The notes beneath the pieces were generated by a model. The model did no database searches. It was not told the DNA's origin and worked only from the letters and a program-made list of their open reading frames with translations. Below are positions 39,001-54,000 of a stretch of DNA of 64,000 nucleotides, one piece after another; positions within the stretch are counted from its first letter, which is position 1, and every line of letters starts with the position of its first letter. The stretch comes from Candidatus Omnitrophota bacterium (GTDB taxonomy: Bacteria > Omnitrophota > Gorgyraeia > Zapsychrales > JBDRMG01). Location: the NCBI GenBank assembly GCA_043812495.1, contig JBDRMG010000065.1, positions 2,339-66,338 of the forward strand. The letters are read 5' to 3'. The position numbers and the translations under genes are program-made.

Positions 39001-42000
39001 ATGCGCTCGTACATCACAACCGTTTTTGAAACTTCCAAGGATGCCAGAAAGCAAAATGTTTCCCTCCCTGCTTATTTCGAGGTCATTACGGGCAAAGCCA
39101 AGACCGATAGTATTGAGATAACGACAAGAACATTAACCACCTCCAAATGGGATGCCCAACGAGAACAAATGAAATCGATTGAAGTTCTGGGAAAAGAAGC
39201 CAGCATTCTTCTGTATGCCCAAAGAGGCTTTGGTTGCATAGTCGAAGAGGGAGTTGAAAATTTTGAGGAGATTTTCCCGATTAAGGATGAAGAGAATATC
39301 TTAAAGGCCTTAAGAGGAGGGAATGTGGCTTCCGAAGACGGCCGCATACACCTCAGCCTGCCGGGTGACCCCGAAACGGTTTTCAGCGATCACCATGCCA
39401 TTTTCGAGAAGAATTCTATTCGCTTCTACCATCTTCTTAACGTATGGGATGAAGTCAAAACAGGTACCGGCCAACTCATGATGACAAGAAATAATTACCA
39501 GAAAGCTTTTGATACCGGCGATCCGCAAAGACCCTCATTAGAGCCGGCGGATATCACGACCCTCAAACATCCCCTGATCGAAAATCCAAGAAGCACCAAC
39601 ATCGAAGACAGGGTATTTTATGTGTTGGGTTATGGCGAATCCAGTGAGACATATCCTTTCAGAGACGATGGCTATCTCAACAAACACGCGGAATATATTC
39701 TTAAAGACTTTCAAGACATCCGTCTTGCGCAAAGCGATCATCGAAGACTGATCAAATCAGAAGAAGGAAAGACTCTAGCGACCTACGATATGAACGACCG
39801 TCGGTATGGACTATCACTAGAGAGCAAAGCGTTCTTAATGGATGGGAGACTTTATTATGATCAGTATAAAGGCAGACCGGAAGAGCCGGATGTCATTAGG
39901 CTTTTCTACAGCCCGATCGAAATTCCTTGTAACTCATGGGGCTTTAATGAAGATGGAACAAAAGAATATTGGCGCTATTATCATGTGGCTCTCTTTGAGT
40001 GCAATGAGCATAATTATAGGATTATTGATGAAATCGATGTGGTCGGCTCCCTTAAAGAGCCTCGATTTATTTATCCTGAATTGAGTTGGTCTATTTATCA
40101 AGACGCTGTGTTCTTCGCGCGCTCAGAAAAATGGGAATTTTCTATAGAGGAATATAAGGGAACCCGAAACTTCAGCGACGATGTGGCCAACAGCTGGCCG
40201 TCGAGATTGCTCAAACTTCATAAACAAGCGATTAAGGAAGCAAGGGGAATGCTTCAGCGAACAGAGGAAAAAGGCCTCTTCGTTTACGAAGGAGAAGAGG
40301 TTTCCAAAGATCAGCTGAATTACGCAAAGGAATCTCGCATCAAGCGCCTTATCCTATCTAATGGGGCGGTTGCGGTGATCCTCATTTCCATACTCGGATT
40401 CCTTATGCTCATTTGGAAGATTTTGCGCCTGCAGACTAGAGGCGTCAATCTTAATTCTAGCGATAAAGAACATCTTGAACAAGTGATGTCCGAGCGCGAT
40501 ACGACCAGTGTATTGCGCTATAGGGCTAGGAAGGAAGTCATTAAAGATATTCATGAGATAGAAGATCTTTTACGTGATACTAAATTTAGACGCTTAGCCC
40601 GCAAGATTACTTTGACCGAGAAAGCCGGTGGAATCAATCAAGCTCAAATCAATGAATTACGAAATTTCACCTTTAGTGCCTTATCAACCAATGGCATTCT
40701 ACGAGATGCGAAAGAACAGATTACCGATTTCGTAAATGAAGGGTTCTTAACGAGCAGTGACGTCGAGGCTATCATTCGTCGTTTTGCGGACGATCTCTTT
40801 GAAGGAGTGTTACCGGAAAAGTTGGTTTTAGGCAAAATACTCAATAAAATCTTTAAGAACGCTTATTGGGATAAAAATGGTTTATTCAAGAAATCAACTG
40901 AAGATAAATTCCGCAAAAGTATAAAAAATTTGTTTGGCCGTATAGACTTTCATGTTTCAGAAGATTTTGTTAACAGTATTATCTCCGAAATATCTATCTT
41001 ACGGCCCGTTGAATATGTGCATCTTTCTAAGAGAGGCAACCATGAAGGCGGCACATCCCTAGACACGCACCTGTGGCTCTTGGACTGGGACAATGGTTTC
41101 CGCGTTGTTTCTCTTGAAGATTTTGTTCTCAGCTACAAGGCGATGTACCGCTTGATGCCGTTTATCTCAGGCCATACGCCGGCCATACGATGGTTTGTCC
41201 GGCAAATCAAAACATTAATGGCCAAGGGCCGAGAGAAGGAAGTGATTCCTTTCATTAATGCCCATCGCCTTTACTGGTATCAAGTGCTTAAGAATGAACT
41301 TGATAACCGCTTGGAAAATCAACGTGATGACCGCAGAAATGGCCCTGCCTATGAAAATAAAAAGGCCCGTCTCTGGAAGTTCATTTTACGCCGTTCAGAA
41401 TTTACGGACCTCTTGCGCTATCTATTAGAAGAAGATGATTTGGATAATCCTCTTTCCGTTACTCCAGAGTTTAAGGCCCGTAAGGCCCAGGTTGAAAAAG
41501 AAATGAAAAGGATTTATGACATTACGGTTCAAAATCCCGCAGCTTTTAATAATGACAAGATGACGGCGGAAGAAATCGAAACGATTGTCGAAAACATCTT
41601 TAGGCCGCTTATCCTTTATACGCGGCACGAAATCTTAAGATTACCAAACTATGATAATATTCTAAGACCCGAGGACACGGATCGTAACCATCTGAAAGCG
41701 TGGTATTGGTTCCAAAACGTGCTGCGCAAAATCCCGTTGGCCCGGAGACATTTTGGAACGGAAAGAGGCGAATTTGGCGTCTTCTCATTTCTTATTAGAA
41801 AAATTTTATTGAATAAGAATTTCTGGAGTCTTGACAGCATAAATAATGCCAAGGACAAACTATCTTCGATTCCGCCTTTATTAAAAATCCTGAGCTTCGC
41901 GGCCTTTGGCATCCTTGTGGCCACCATTACGTTCAAGGTGACAATTTTGGGAGTGACTATCGCCCTGCCGTTATGGATAAAAGCGATATTTCCGGTTATG

Positions 42001-45000
42001 ATCTATGGGTTATTTAAGCTTTTTACCAGCAATCAAACTTTAAAAAAGAAGAGGGCCAGTCTCTTCTGGGGTGCGGTAAGCCTGTTAACGCTAGGTTTTG
42101 TAATTTATATTGTCGGTTTTGTCGCCATACACTATATCTTTATGCCTTTACCGTATGCCATTGAAGGTTTTGGCTTGTCCATACTCCTGCCTATCTGGAC
42201 AAAATATTTGTTGATTGCCTTATCGGTCGTTCCTTTCTTGGATATGTTTTTCTTAACGTTCGTGGCTATCTCTAATATCGCTAAGGCGTTCGTAAGATTC
42301 TACATGGGATATAAGTATCGATTCTATAAGGCCAAGACATTTACCCAGGCCATGAAGCTTTTACCGGAGGTCTTGACGGATGAAAAATTTGGTCAGGATA
42401 GGGTATTTAAACTTAGGACAATTATAAAAGATTGGGATGACGAACGTCAAATATCCACAGCCGAATATGAACAATTTACAAAGGCTATTAAGGCGATAGA
42501 GGTAGGGGAGGTTAAGATCGATCTTCCTAAGGGGTTAAGGTCAAAGAGAATTGAAGAATGGTTAGAGAATTTTGTTAATAAATACTACCGTAAAGATATT
42601 GCGGTCGATCCGCAAAGCCTCTTTGATCTACGCTCCTTTACCAAGCAAGTCAGCGGTTTTGGCGAAACGCCTTATTTTGCTTTTGATGACGCAAACAAAC
42701 TCAAGAAGGGGACCTTGCAGACTCAAATAGGGATGCTGGCGACCTCCTATCCTAATGAGTATAAGATAGTTGTTGAAAGATTAAAAGAGGAAGGCTTAAT
42801 CAATGACGCCCAGGAGGAAGAACTCCTATGGTTGATCAGCCATCCTGACCATTCCCTTGAACTGCTTTTGCCGCAGGAAGACGCGCAAGCCCGTCTTGAA
42901 ATAGAAGAATGGGTCAACCTCAATCTTCAATCCGGTTATGCCAATATGAAGAGCTTAGTCAAGCTTAGAATAGTTTACAGATACTATATCGAAAAATTCT
43001 TACCTGGTCTTCCGGAGGCAGAAGTTGCAAAATTAGTCGATAGCTATTTACAATTTGCTTATATCTATGATCTTTTCGCACAAAATACTCAGAAAGATTT
43101 AAGAGACAAAACAGGCATTAGGGATTTAGACATAGCTGATTATCCTAGATTATTAAGAGAAGGAAGAATAGCTTTACCTGAAGATTTGTCCTATAGCACT
43201 AAGAAGTTCCTCAGATTCTTGGCTGATAATAATATTGAAATTTCTAAAGGCGGTGTATTCAAGACAGGCAATATCTTGGAGAAAACCGATACCCATGATG
43301 CAAAATACACAAGCTGGATGAGCTATATGAGTAATGTTAGAGGCGAAATCGTCATGGCCTTGGACTGGGACCACTACAATCCCTTAAGCGAATTGTGGTT
43401 CTTTCCCAATGTGGGTATGGATTTTGCTTTAGATGAGCGTTTAGCCGGTGGGACTTACAATAGCGACATCTTTACCCGGCCTATTTCCTCTTCTGCTAAT
43501 ACCATGGGTTATATGGAAGAAGGGTGGTTAGACGGCGAGCAGCCCGTTAAAGGCGAGATTGATGTTATTCTTTTTTATGGTAAAGGATTTAAACGTACCG
43601 GAGCTTTGAGAAATCACGAGATACTCGTTGAAGATGATAGTGTCCAGGAAGACGCTATGGGTATGATAAAGTCTATTGCACGTGGCGCACGCACTAAGGT
43701 CTTTCATGGGATAAAAATTTTCAAAGGATTAGCAAATATGATCTTAGGCGCTCTTGTTCCGTTGCGAAAGTGGAGCAGCGACTCTTCGGAAGGCGTTCGG
43801 CTCATTGAGATTATTAAGTTCTACCTAAATCCCAATATTCATTGGACTAAAAAATTAGGCAGTCTCATCAGTTGGATTTTCTATGGAAAAAAACCCTCTG
43901 TGAAAAGAGTCACGATCCAAGTTTTGATTATTTACTATGTCTTTAATCTTAACCCATGGTCTGGCTTGGCTTTAGCCTTGTGGTATGTAGGTGTGAATGC
44001 GGGACAAGCTATTGGATACGGCGGTTTGGGTGTGTACATGAGAAGATATGGCTACATAAAAGGTTTTGTTTTGTGGGTTTACGATATGGTAACAAAACAC
44101 TTCCCCTTTGCAACTGGCATTATTCCTCTTTATGCCGATGTTGTTAAAAGAGGTTTCAATGGTTTTACGAAATTCATCAGAACCGGCGGCAAGGCTGGTG
44201 TTCTGGCTAGAACTCTAGGCATAGACCTTTATGTCTTCGCATTCAAAGGCATCATCCCGGCTTCCGTATTAACAGCGCTCGTGACATTTTCTTCGTTTGA
44301 TCCGATCAAGGCCACCATATGGCTTCCGCAGATCTTGACAGTCACGGTGGGGTGGTTAACGTTTATCTTTATCCTCGACCCTGTTGGATCGATCAAGAAA
44401 ATTCCGTATATATTGCAAAATATTGCCAATATCTTTTTTGGATTTATGTTCGGCCTTATTGACTTTACCGCGAATGTCATTTCCTTAGTACCTGGTATAA
44501 GACAGTTAAGAAAACTGATGAATAAAAAGGTCTATGAAAGGGCCTATAAAGTACAACATCTAGCACGAAAATATAAGGTCGGCAGCTATGAAAATGATAT
44601 GTTAACGGCCTTTGCCGGGCTTGAAGATGTTTCTCCATCCACAGGTTTCCATTATGCCTTGAGAGGATATACTCAAGGCAGAATCGAAGGCATGCCGTCA
44701 TTCATGATGACCATGCGGGTTTGGCAGCTGTCACATAGTAAGAAAATCATCAAAGAAGATATGAGGATGGAACTTAATGGGGAATTAGTGGAAGATCACG
44801 CCAAACCCCGCTTAGGATTCACGGAAGACGACGTTGTCGCGGAGGCCAAAGACATTATTCATTCAGAAAAGATCCATACCTTCGCGATCCTGACCGAAGA
44901 GACGCCTTATGTCAAAGCGGTCCTCGATTATTATGAACAAAACAACCAACTTGAAAAAGCCAAAAGACTGCGCGACAGGCTCTCCGGCCATATGGTGCGC

Positions 45001-48000
45001 GAAGGTCCCATGACCACGGCCTTTGGCGCCAATCTCGATGGCTATATCCTCATCGCCACCAACGACAATCCCAATCCCGCCTCCGTAACGATTCATGAAA
45101 ACAACAACGGAACCCATGCCGACAAGCTCCAGGCTGAGCGAATCTACCAAAAGAAATTAAATATTGTTGCTGTCTCACCGGAAGTTGCTCCATTTTCTAA
45201 GTCCGGCGGATTAGGTGATGTGATCCAGGGTCTCCCTAAATCACTGGCCCGCATCAAGAATCAAGTTACTGTTGTGACTCTCTTGTACGATTCCATTGAT
45301 CGCGAAAAATTTAATATTCAAGAGACCGGATTAACGATTGACGTTCCGATTGGAGGACGTCTAGAAAGAGGAGATCTCCTTACAACCCAAATCGACGGTG
45401 TTCAGTATTACTTCATTTATCATCCTCTTTACAGCAAAAAACTTTATCTGGGAACACAGCTGGGTAAATACGAAGAACAATATGAACTCATCAAAGACGT
45501 GGTTCATCATCGATTAGGTCGTCATGTTCCGGTCCACGAACTTCCTGTGTTCATCCACCAGATTTGCTATGAACAAGCTCACTTTTTATCCATGGGTGCT
45601 CTTGAGGCGATCAAAGCTCTCAAGATTGAGCCTGATATTCTACATACCCACGATTGGCAGACATCTCTGCTGCCGATATTTGTCCAAGCCCATCTCAACT
45701 ATCGAAGAGATCCCCGCTTCACGCGCGCGTTAACTGTTTATACAATCCATAATTTACGTTTTCAGGGCCGGTTCAACAAGCATCTCTTGCCGTTATCCGG
45801 AATTGACTGGGTAGAATTCACGGTCGACAAGCTGGAATTTCACGATGACATCAACCTGATGAAAGCGGGCATTGTCTATACGGATGTGGTCACGACGGTT
45901 AGCCCGAACTACAGAAATCAAATCCTCACAAAAGAATTCGGCGAAGAACTCGAAGGCGTCTTAGTCAACAACAAGGATAAATTATACGGCATCCTCAACG
46001 GTCTCGATTATCAGGAATTCGATCCACAAACAGATGAAGCATTGGCGAAAAAATACACTGTTCGTACTGTCAAGAAAGGCAAGAAAGCCAATAAGTCAAA
46101 TCTTGCTGAGCGTATGATGGAAGAAATGAAAGAAGACAATGATGCTCGTGAGCAATCGAAAGAAGACAATATCCCTCAGATCAACATAGATCCCGAGGGC
46201 ATTCTCATCAGCATGGTCGGACGCATCACTGTCCAAAAAGGTCTTGCGCTTCTTGCCGGGTCGCTTGGGCAGATTTTAGAAAATAATCCGTCTGTGCAGA
46301 TTGTCTTGGCCGGTAAACCGGATCTTGATGTGAAAGAATATGTTGAAGCTATTAATGAGGTGCAAAAACAGTATCCTGACAGGCTGATCCTCATGCCGAA
46401 ATATATCAGCGAAAACCTTGCAAGAAATATCTACGCCGCTTCCGATATCTTCTTCATGCCTTCCACCTATGAGCCCTGCGGCCTGACACAGCTCATTAGC
46501 TATCGCTACGGGACCGTACTGGTTGTCTTTAAGACAGGCGGTTTGGCCGATACAGTCCATGATTATTCTGAAAATCCTGAAATTACGACAAGCACCGGAT
46601 TTGTTTTTGACGAATACACGGTGGACGCATTCGTCGAAAAAGTCCAGCAAGCCGTTACCCTCAAGAAAGAACAGCCGGACATCTGGCATCAAATTATTAC
46701 GCACAACATGAACATAGACTTCTCCTGGGGAGTCCCCGGCGTACGATACAATGGTCTATTTACAGAGGCGTTGATGAGAAAGAATGCAAACAGATCAAAT
46801 AACAACAGTCAGGCATTGGAACTCTATAGCATATCTACAGCACCTATAGGAGGTTTGATTGTTGTTCTTGCCATGATTCTGGTTTTATTATTTATAGTCT
46901 TCCCGATGATCTCTATTGCGCTTGGCACAGGGGATTTGGGAACTCAACCGATCGTAATAAGACATTATTATAAATTACGTGAAAATGATCCTACTCTGAC
47001 TCACTTCGGAGAGATTCAAGATAATTTACGCGGAATGAAGCCGAACGAATTAGTTAAGATCATCAAAGAAATGAAAGACGATAAAATGCTGAGAGAACAC
47101 ATTCTCTTTTTAGCCTGGCATGTCGAAAGGTCATTCTGCTATTGCGATAGAAAATATTTGCGTTATCTTATCCCTGATTTCAGAAGTATATTAAATAATG
47201 ATTATTACTCTAAGGAAACAAAAACTGTTGTTATTGATGCCTTGAAAGTCCTGGCAAGACTTAGAAATGTCGAAGCAGCGTCAATACTGAGAGAACAAAA
47301 AGTCAATTTCTATGTTAAGCAAAACATCGTATCTCTTTATTTCATCAGCCTGACAGGATTTCTTGTCGGCTCTTTGCGTTCAAAAAGTGTTTCGTATAAG
47401 GATGGCCCGGAGGCTATATGGCAGAGATATCAAGAATTAGCTAAAGAAAAAGACCAAGGATTCATGATAGCTGTCGGAGGGAATATGGTTTCTTCCGGGA
47501 AGACACATATCGGCCGCATGATTTACCGGCTTTTTGCTGAACGCCTTAATAATGAGAAAGTCACCTTTATTGATCAAGATCAGTGCGCTGATGATGAAAG
47601 AATAGAATACACAAGGTTAGTTCAGTATGCAGCAGAAAAAGATAAAGTAGCGATAATCAGTACGGCGACAATAGGAGATCTCGATGATGAGCCTGATATC
47701 AAAGTTTATATTACGAATTCGCCCGTGAGCCGTTTGAGCAACCAATTAATACGTATATTATCACCGTTAAAATCCATTAAAACAGCACCCTGGATTATAT
47801 ATCATATTCTTGGACTTTTTCCATTTCTACTTCACTTCATTGTTGACCTATTTGGCTCAGCATTTGCTATGGATATCAGTGAACCCGATATCATTATTAG
47901 AAATACACTATTAGCAAGACTGACTCCTAAGAAAAAGACCGATTCCGCCCTTCGACAAGCTCAAGACAAAGCCAAACCCCGCTTAGGATTTACGCAAGAC

Positions 48001-51000
48001 GATGTTGTCACCGAAGCCAGAGGCATTATCGATTCAGAAAAGATCAACACATTTGCGATCCTGACCAAAGAGACACCTTATGTCAAAGCGGTCCTCGATT
48101 ATTATGAAAGAACCAACCAGCAGGAAAAAGCCAACAGACTGCGCGCCAGGCTCTCCGGCCACATGGTCCGCGAAGGTCCCATGACCACAGCCTTCGGCGC
48201 CAACCTCGGCGGCTATACCCTTATCGCCACCAACGACAACCCCAATCCCTCCTCTGTAACGATTCATGAAAATAACAACGGAACCCATGCCGACAACAGC
48301 AAAGAAGAAGCACTCTTTATTCAATACACAGACCGCAATACCATCCGGCAATACTTGCGCAATGCCCTTCGCAAAGGCTGGAAAGTTACCAATTTAATTT
48401 TAACGGCTTTTACCGGTTCCCAGGCCGATATGTTTACTTCCCAGATTGATTCCAGCCTCTATCCCCGAGGTACCTTCGTCAGGGCCTTGGCTGATCCTAA
48501 GGCCGGGAAAGACATGAAAACCTATGGGAGGGCCTTCGGTAACGGCCTTGCCAACCTCGGCGCCTTACGGATGTCCTTGAATGATCACGTAGCCTATCTT
48601 AACCTTCAAGAAGGGGAATATGAGCTACGCTCTATTATCGGCGAAAGATTCTTCGTCGGTTTACACGGCGGCGGGTCCTCCAGCCGTAATCCCAAATTTA
48701 CGCAAATCGGAAAATTCAACGGCACCCTTCCCATTAAGAGAGCCAAGGCTGACCCAAGCGAGCCCGACATGCCCGTAACATTGCAAGAAGAACTCCTTGC
48801 TCCGATTGCTGTCTTTAGCGATGCATATCCCGAAGGAAGGCCGGCGTACCTCAATGTCAACGGTGATGCCATTATTACATTTAACGCCGAAGAATTAAAA
48901 TCTTTCCTCCGCAGCGACAGCGAAATTGCGGAGGGCACTGTAATTCTCTTAAGAAAAGTCGATGCCTCGGAAGCTCCGACCTGGGGCGTAGCTGCGGTTG
49001 ATGACTTTGGCCACATTATTGAGTTTAAGGAGAAGCCGACCAAGGGCATGAAAGTCTCCGAGTCCGAAAGAAAAGAACTCTTAACCAGAGAAGGTCTGCT
49101 AGTCGACGACCAATATGTGCTGATGAATACCGTTTTTGCCATCCTAGGCGGTGAGGCTATGGTCCGCTGGCTTAAAATGGCCGGTGTTAAGATTACGAAA
49201 GAAGGCAATGTCATCATCGACAGCGAAGGCCAGCTTGTTTATGAAGATGACAGCGTGTATAAAAGACTGCTCACGTATGGCGGCGAATTGGATACGTTCG
49301 GGCATTTGATTTCTATCATGGCGCCTAAGGCCAATGCCCAAAAATGCATCTTTGGCGAGCTTTTGAAGAAATTTAACGAAGATGAAGACTTTATTAGAGA
49401 AATCAATGCTCTGATAAGTTTAGGCGAAGACACAGACGGTCCTCTGGACTTAGCCATTCTCAGAGGTCAGATCGAATACCGGATCGCTTATTATATTGAC
49501 GCCATCAACGCAGAAACAATCCTCTCAGTTAAAAAAGATTACACCAATAAACTTATCGCTCTTGGCCGGGCAAGTATATTTGCCATGATGTGGGAAACCC
49601 TTAGAGCCGAAGGCCCGGGAAGCGTGTTATGGGGCGCCCAGATCGAAGGTCAATGGCTGGATACGGGCCGGACGGACGAAGAAGCCGATATTATTCTCGG
49701 CAATAATCCCGGCGCCCGAGATATAGCAAAAGTCTTTAGTATTGAGCCTTCGATTGCCTCTGTCGGCGGGGCCCATGCCTTTGAAAGTATCGTCGAAGGC
49801 CAGGAAACCGAAGAAGTTCATCCAACCTCGATTCAAATACGCTCGCGCCTAACCGGCCATCAAATCGTTCTTGAAGCCGAAAGTCAAACCCATTTAGTCA
49901 GTTGGCCTTATAATATTCGGCTGATCAAAAAAGCCGTTATGAATGAAGGCGCTGTGCATGACGACAAGGGCAACGCCTGGGTCGTGCATGGCCTCTGGCA
50001 CATGAATGATTTGCCCAAAGACAGCACCTCACATTTTGGTTATGAGATTGAGCGCTGGCTGGCTGAGCATAACATAAAGAGTGAACAGGTCTTCGGTAAT
50101 GCCAAGCACACGCTTCTTTTTGCCAAGCTATTTCCCGGAGTCAGCTCAAGCGGTATCAACCAGAATAGGCCAGTTGACCAATTAGATGCCCAGCTGATCA
50201 ACGATCTTCCTTTGATTTGGATGGTCCTTCAAACCCACCAAGGCGTTATGCCCGAATCCTGGTACAGTGCCTTAAGGACCGGACGCCTGTTCTCCTTGGA
50301 TGATTTGTATCAAAAACCAAGCGTTGGCCTTTTGAGTTCGCGCCTTGAAGAAGTTTCAAAAGCCGTTCGGAAAGAAATATCCAAAGCGGCTCCCAAGGAA
50401 ATGGCTGCCGAAGAAGAGGCCGTTCAATGGAAAAACAGGGTTGTCTGGGTCATTGTTTCTCAAGATGACGAAATTATCTATTATACGAGGGGTTCTGAGA
50501 TTAAAGCATCTAAGAATAGAGACGCGTTGTTCAGCGTGGAAGGAAGAGCGGAGGAGCTGACCCCTGTGATGATGGCCAAGCTTTTGGGTGTCGAAGGAGC
50601 GACGCCAGTCATATCCGTTAAAAAGATGGGGATTTATAACTATGCGGGCGAAGAAGGCTTTGAAGGAGATATCTATAAGTACAGATATGACGATCCCGCG
50701 GGGAATCCTGAAATTCTGGATGTTCGCGTCGTCAGGATAGAGAAGTCAGCCCTGGATATACAAAGGCAGATGGCAAGCCAGAATTTAGTCAATCTTACAA
50801 AGATTGCAGCAATTAAACACGAAGAAATCAATAAATTGATTGAAGATGTCCGAAGAAGGCCGGATACATACAACAGCACCATGCGCATTATTTTGGGCTA
50901 CAAGGCCATTACCGAAAGAATCAAAGAAGCGATCGTCCGATCTCAAGAGGGGCCATCGGGTCAAAGCGGTTCTTACAAGGGTCCTCTGAGCGCAGAAGAA

Positions 51001-54000
51001 CTCAAAATAGTTCATTCCGAGATTGAGCAGGCTCACAAAGAACAAAGAGCGACTGTTGTTCATGGAAAGATTGAGGGTCTCGCTAAGGCAAGCGCCCAAC
51101 AGATCCAATCGTTCGCCGCCGCCCATGACCTTCTGAAAGGATTCACCGTCGACTTGGGAAGATTTCAAACGGGTGAAGTTGATATTTACGAATCGTTAAG
51201 AGCGTCCAATATCGTCTTGATTCTACCCAGAGCCAACGCGCCCAATCCGGTGGCCAAGATAACCCCTGCCGTTGTGATCGACGGAACCATTTACTTCTTT
51301 AGTGACCTTCAAAATATTTCCCCTGTTATTCTTGCCCAAAAGCTTCTTCATGAAGCCGTTGAATTAACCGCACAGACTAAAGCGACAGACTTTAAAAATA
51401 TCGAACAAAAAGTCCATGATTTTGCCCGAGAAACCGAAAAAGAATTCCTAAAATCAGACGCCGGACGTTTAGCCCTCCATGAGCAAACCATGGATGTCTT
51501 AAAACCTGTTCTTGAGAGAGCAAAAGAACAACTCGACCGGAGGGTTGACATCGTTATCGGCATCAATGCGCATAACGAAGTCGATAACATCACCCATGTC
51601 GTTGATTCTTTAAAACAAGGCCTAAGCAGAGACTATCCCGGCAAGACGGCCGTCCTCATTATTCTGGGAAGCCCTCTGGCGGATGAGCTCATTAGCGTTG
51701 TGAAGGCGATTCCCGAGGAAGACAACATTAAAATCATCACAATGAAAAGCCCGCACCGAGGAAAGGTTTGGGGAATCCTGAGTCTGTTTGATTTGGCCCA
51801 CTTGTTGGATGCCGAAACCGCCATCATGATTGATGCCGATATCACAAATCGCAACTTAAGCGACTGGGTGAAGGCCTATACCCAAAAAGTGGCGACTGAA
51901 GGATTTGATTATGTGGATTCCAATTATGCCAGAAACGAAATCACGGATGACGGCGGAATAACAAAATATATCATCGGGCCTGTCCTGACAAGTTTACTGT
52001 CCGTTCCGAGCGAACAACCGGTCGGCGGTGAATTCGCCTTCTCAAAGACATATATCCGCCATGCCAGACGAGACCAAAGAATCTTAGACGCTGTATTGTC
52101 AAGAAAGACATACGGCTTAACCGGAAGAGCGGCTGGATCTTTGGGTGAATATCTCATTCTCACCGGAATGCTTTCCTTAGCGGCTGAACACAATCTGAAA
52201 ATTTCCGCAAGCCTCCCCTTGGGCACCAAAGAGCACAATCCGATTATCCCCGAAGAAAGATTCACGGTTGCCTTAAGAGGATTTCTTGAACAGGTCAATA
52301 ACGACGCGGCCATTTGGCTTGGAAGAAAAGCCGATGTCGATCTCAGCGCCCTTACCTTGGCGTATTGTGCCATGGATGACGCATTGAAAACAAAACAAAG
52401 CCAATGGATGGAAAATTTCAGAAGTCACTTTACAGATTTTAAAGACATCTATTGTGCCGTTCTGACTCCCGAAACCAATGACTTATTAGAGAAGGCAGCA
52501 GTCGAAGATCAAGGTGATCTGGAAATAACTCCCGCAATCTGGGCGCAAACGATCTACGGCATCATTTTGGCCTATCATTTGCGTAGCGAAATCAACCGCG
52601 ACCGATTACTGGACGCGACCAATATCGTCTTTCAGCTGTTTTCCGCGCTGTCTGTCGCAAAGATCGCGGCCGGGGGTCTGACGGCCGAAGATTATGTGCG
52701 TGATGTTTACAAAGCATTTTCAGCCCAAAGAGACACTTTCATCAAGGCATGGCAGCAAGCCAAATGGCATCAGTTTCTTAATTCCATCAAAGAGCATCTT
52801 CCGTTAGATTTCAGACAGATCTCTTTATCCCATATCAAAGAAATCGTTATTCCTTCATGGCCGGCGTTTCGGGAATATTCATCTCAGGAGAACGATTTGC
52901 TCAGTGAAACAAAAATTTTATTGACCATACCCTCCTTCGTCGATCAGCTTTTCAGCCATAGCCTGCGATACGGTTTGCATGTCACTTACGGCCTTGCTTA
53001 TTTAAGACAGCTATCTCCGGCCAAACGGGACGATGTGTTGGGACAAATAAGAACTTTAGGCTATGCGGATTTGGCAGACTGGTTAGCCCTAAATCACAAT
53101 GCTAGAATCAACGAGGCCATGGAAGCCATCAAGGCAAGCTATCCGGATCAATCCTCCGAAGGACGCAAAGTTTTAAAAGATCTCATTGCCTTAAGAGATA
53201 TTGTCATGAGCCGTAGCCGGTCTTTAAAAGTGGCTACCGAAACATTAATCGACCATCAGGGCGACGAAGGATATCAGGGAATTTTAGACCTTTTGTTCAA
53301 CAACAAAGGGATTCTGGATGTCCTCTATGGCATTGCGCCGGTAGCCATTATCGAAACCATGGTCTCTGGAAAACGGATTGAACTTCTCAGAGAAGTCCTC
53401 TGGGCCTTGCACCAGGTGGAAGGCGTTGTTGTCAACGTGCTTGCTTTGGGCAATAACACGTACTACGTGTACGATGAAAATGCCCTGAAACGCATGGCGC
53501 CCCATAACGTGAGACGATGCACCGTGACCAAGGAAGGGCTGGAATCAAGGATCCAACTAGATCTGGCAAGAGAAAACGGAACGTATTATGACCTGCCGCG
53601 GGAAACCAGAAGAGCGTCTGTTCTTGAGGCGACTGTTGTTGATAAACTAAGTCAAGCCATTCTTCTTGTTGGGCCGGGTCAGAGATTCTCGCTTTGGGAT
53701 GAAGCATCCCGTATTCACAGGGCAGGGGCGCTTGCGTCAAGAGCATTCAGCTTAGAAGCATCAAAGGTGGATGTCAACACAACGGCCACCATTAACAGGG
53801 CCAAGGCCTTAGACGAACAAGTGAGCGCGGAGCTCGAGGCCGAGACAATAGTTAATAACCGCATTCCTCAGGTTATTATCGATGATTCCCTACCGGAAAT
53901 CTTCGCCCAGAACGCCCAGACGTTGGCCCGCTTGTCAGAAAAATACGGCGTTAAGATTATTCATTTGTCGGCTTTAAACAGGGAAATGGACCAAAGGCAA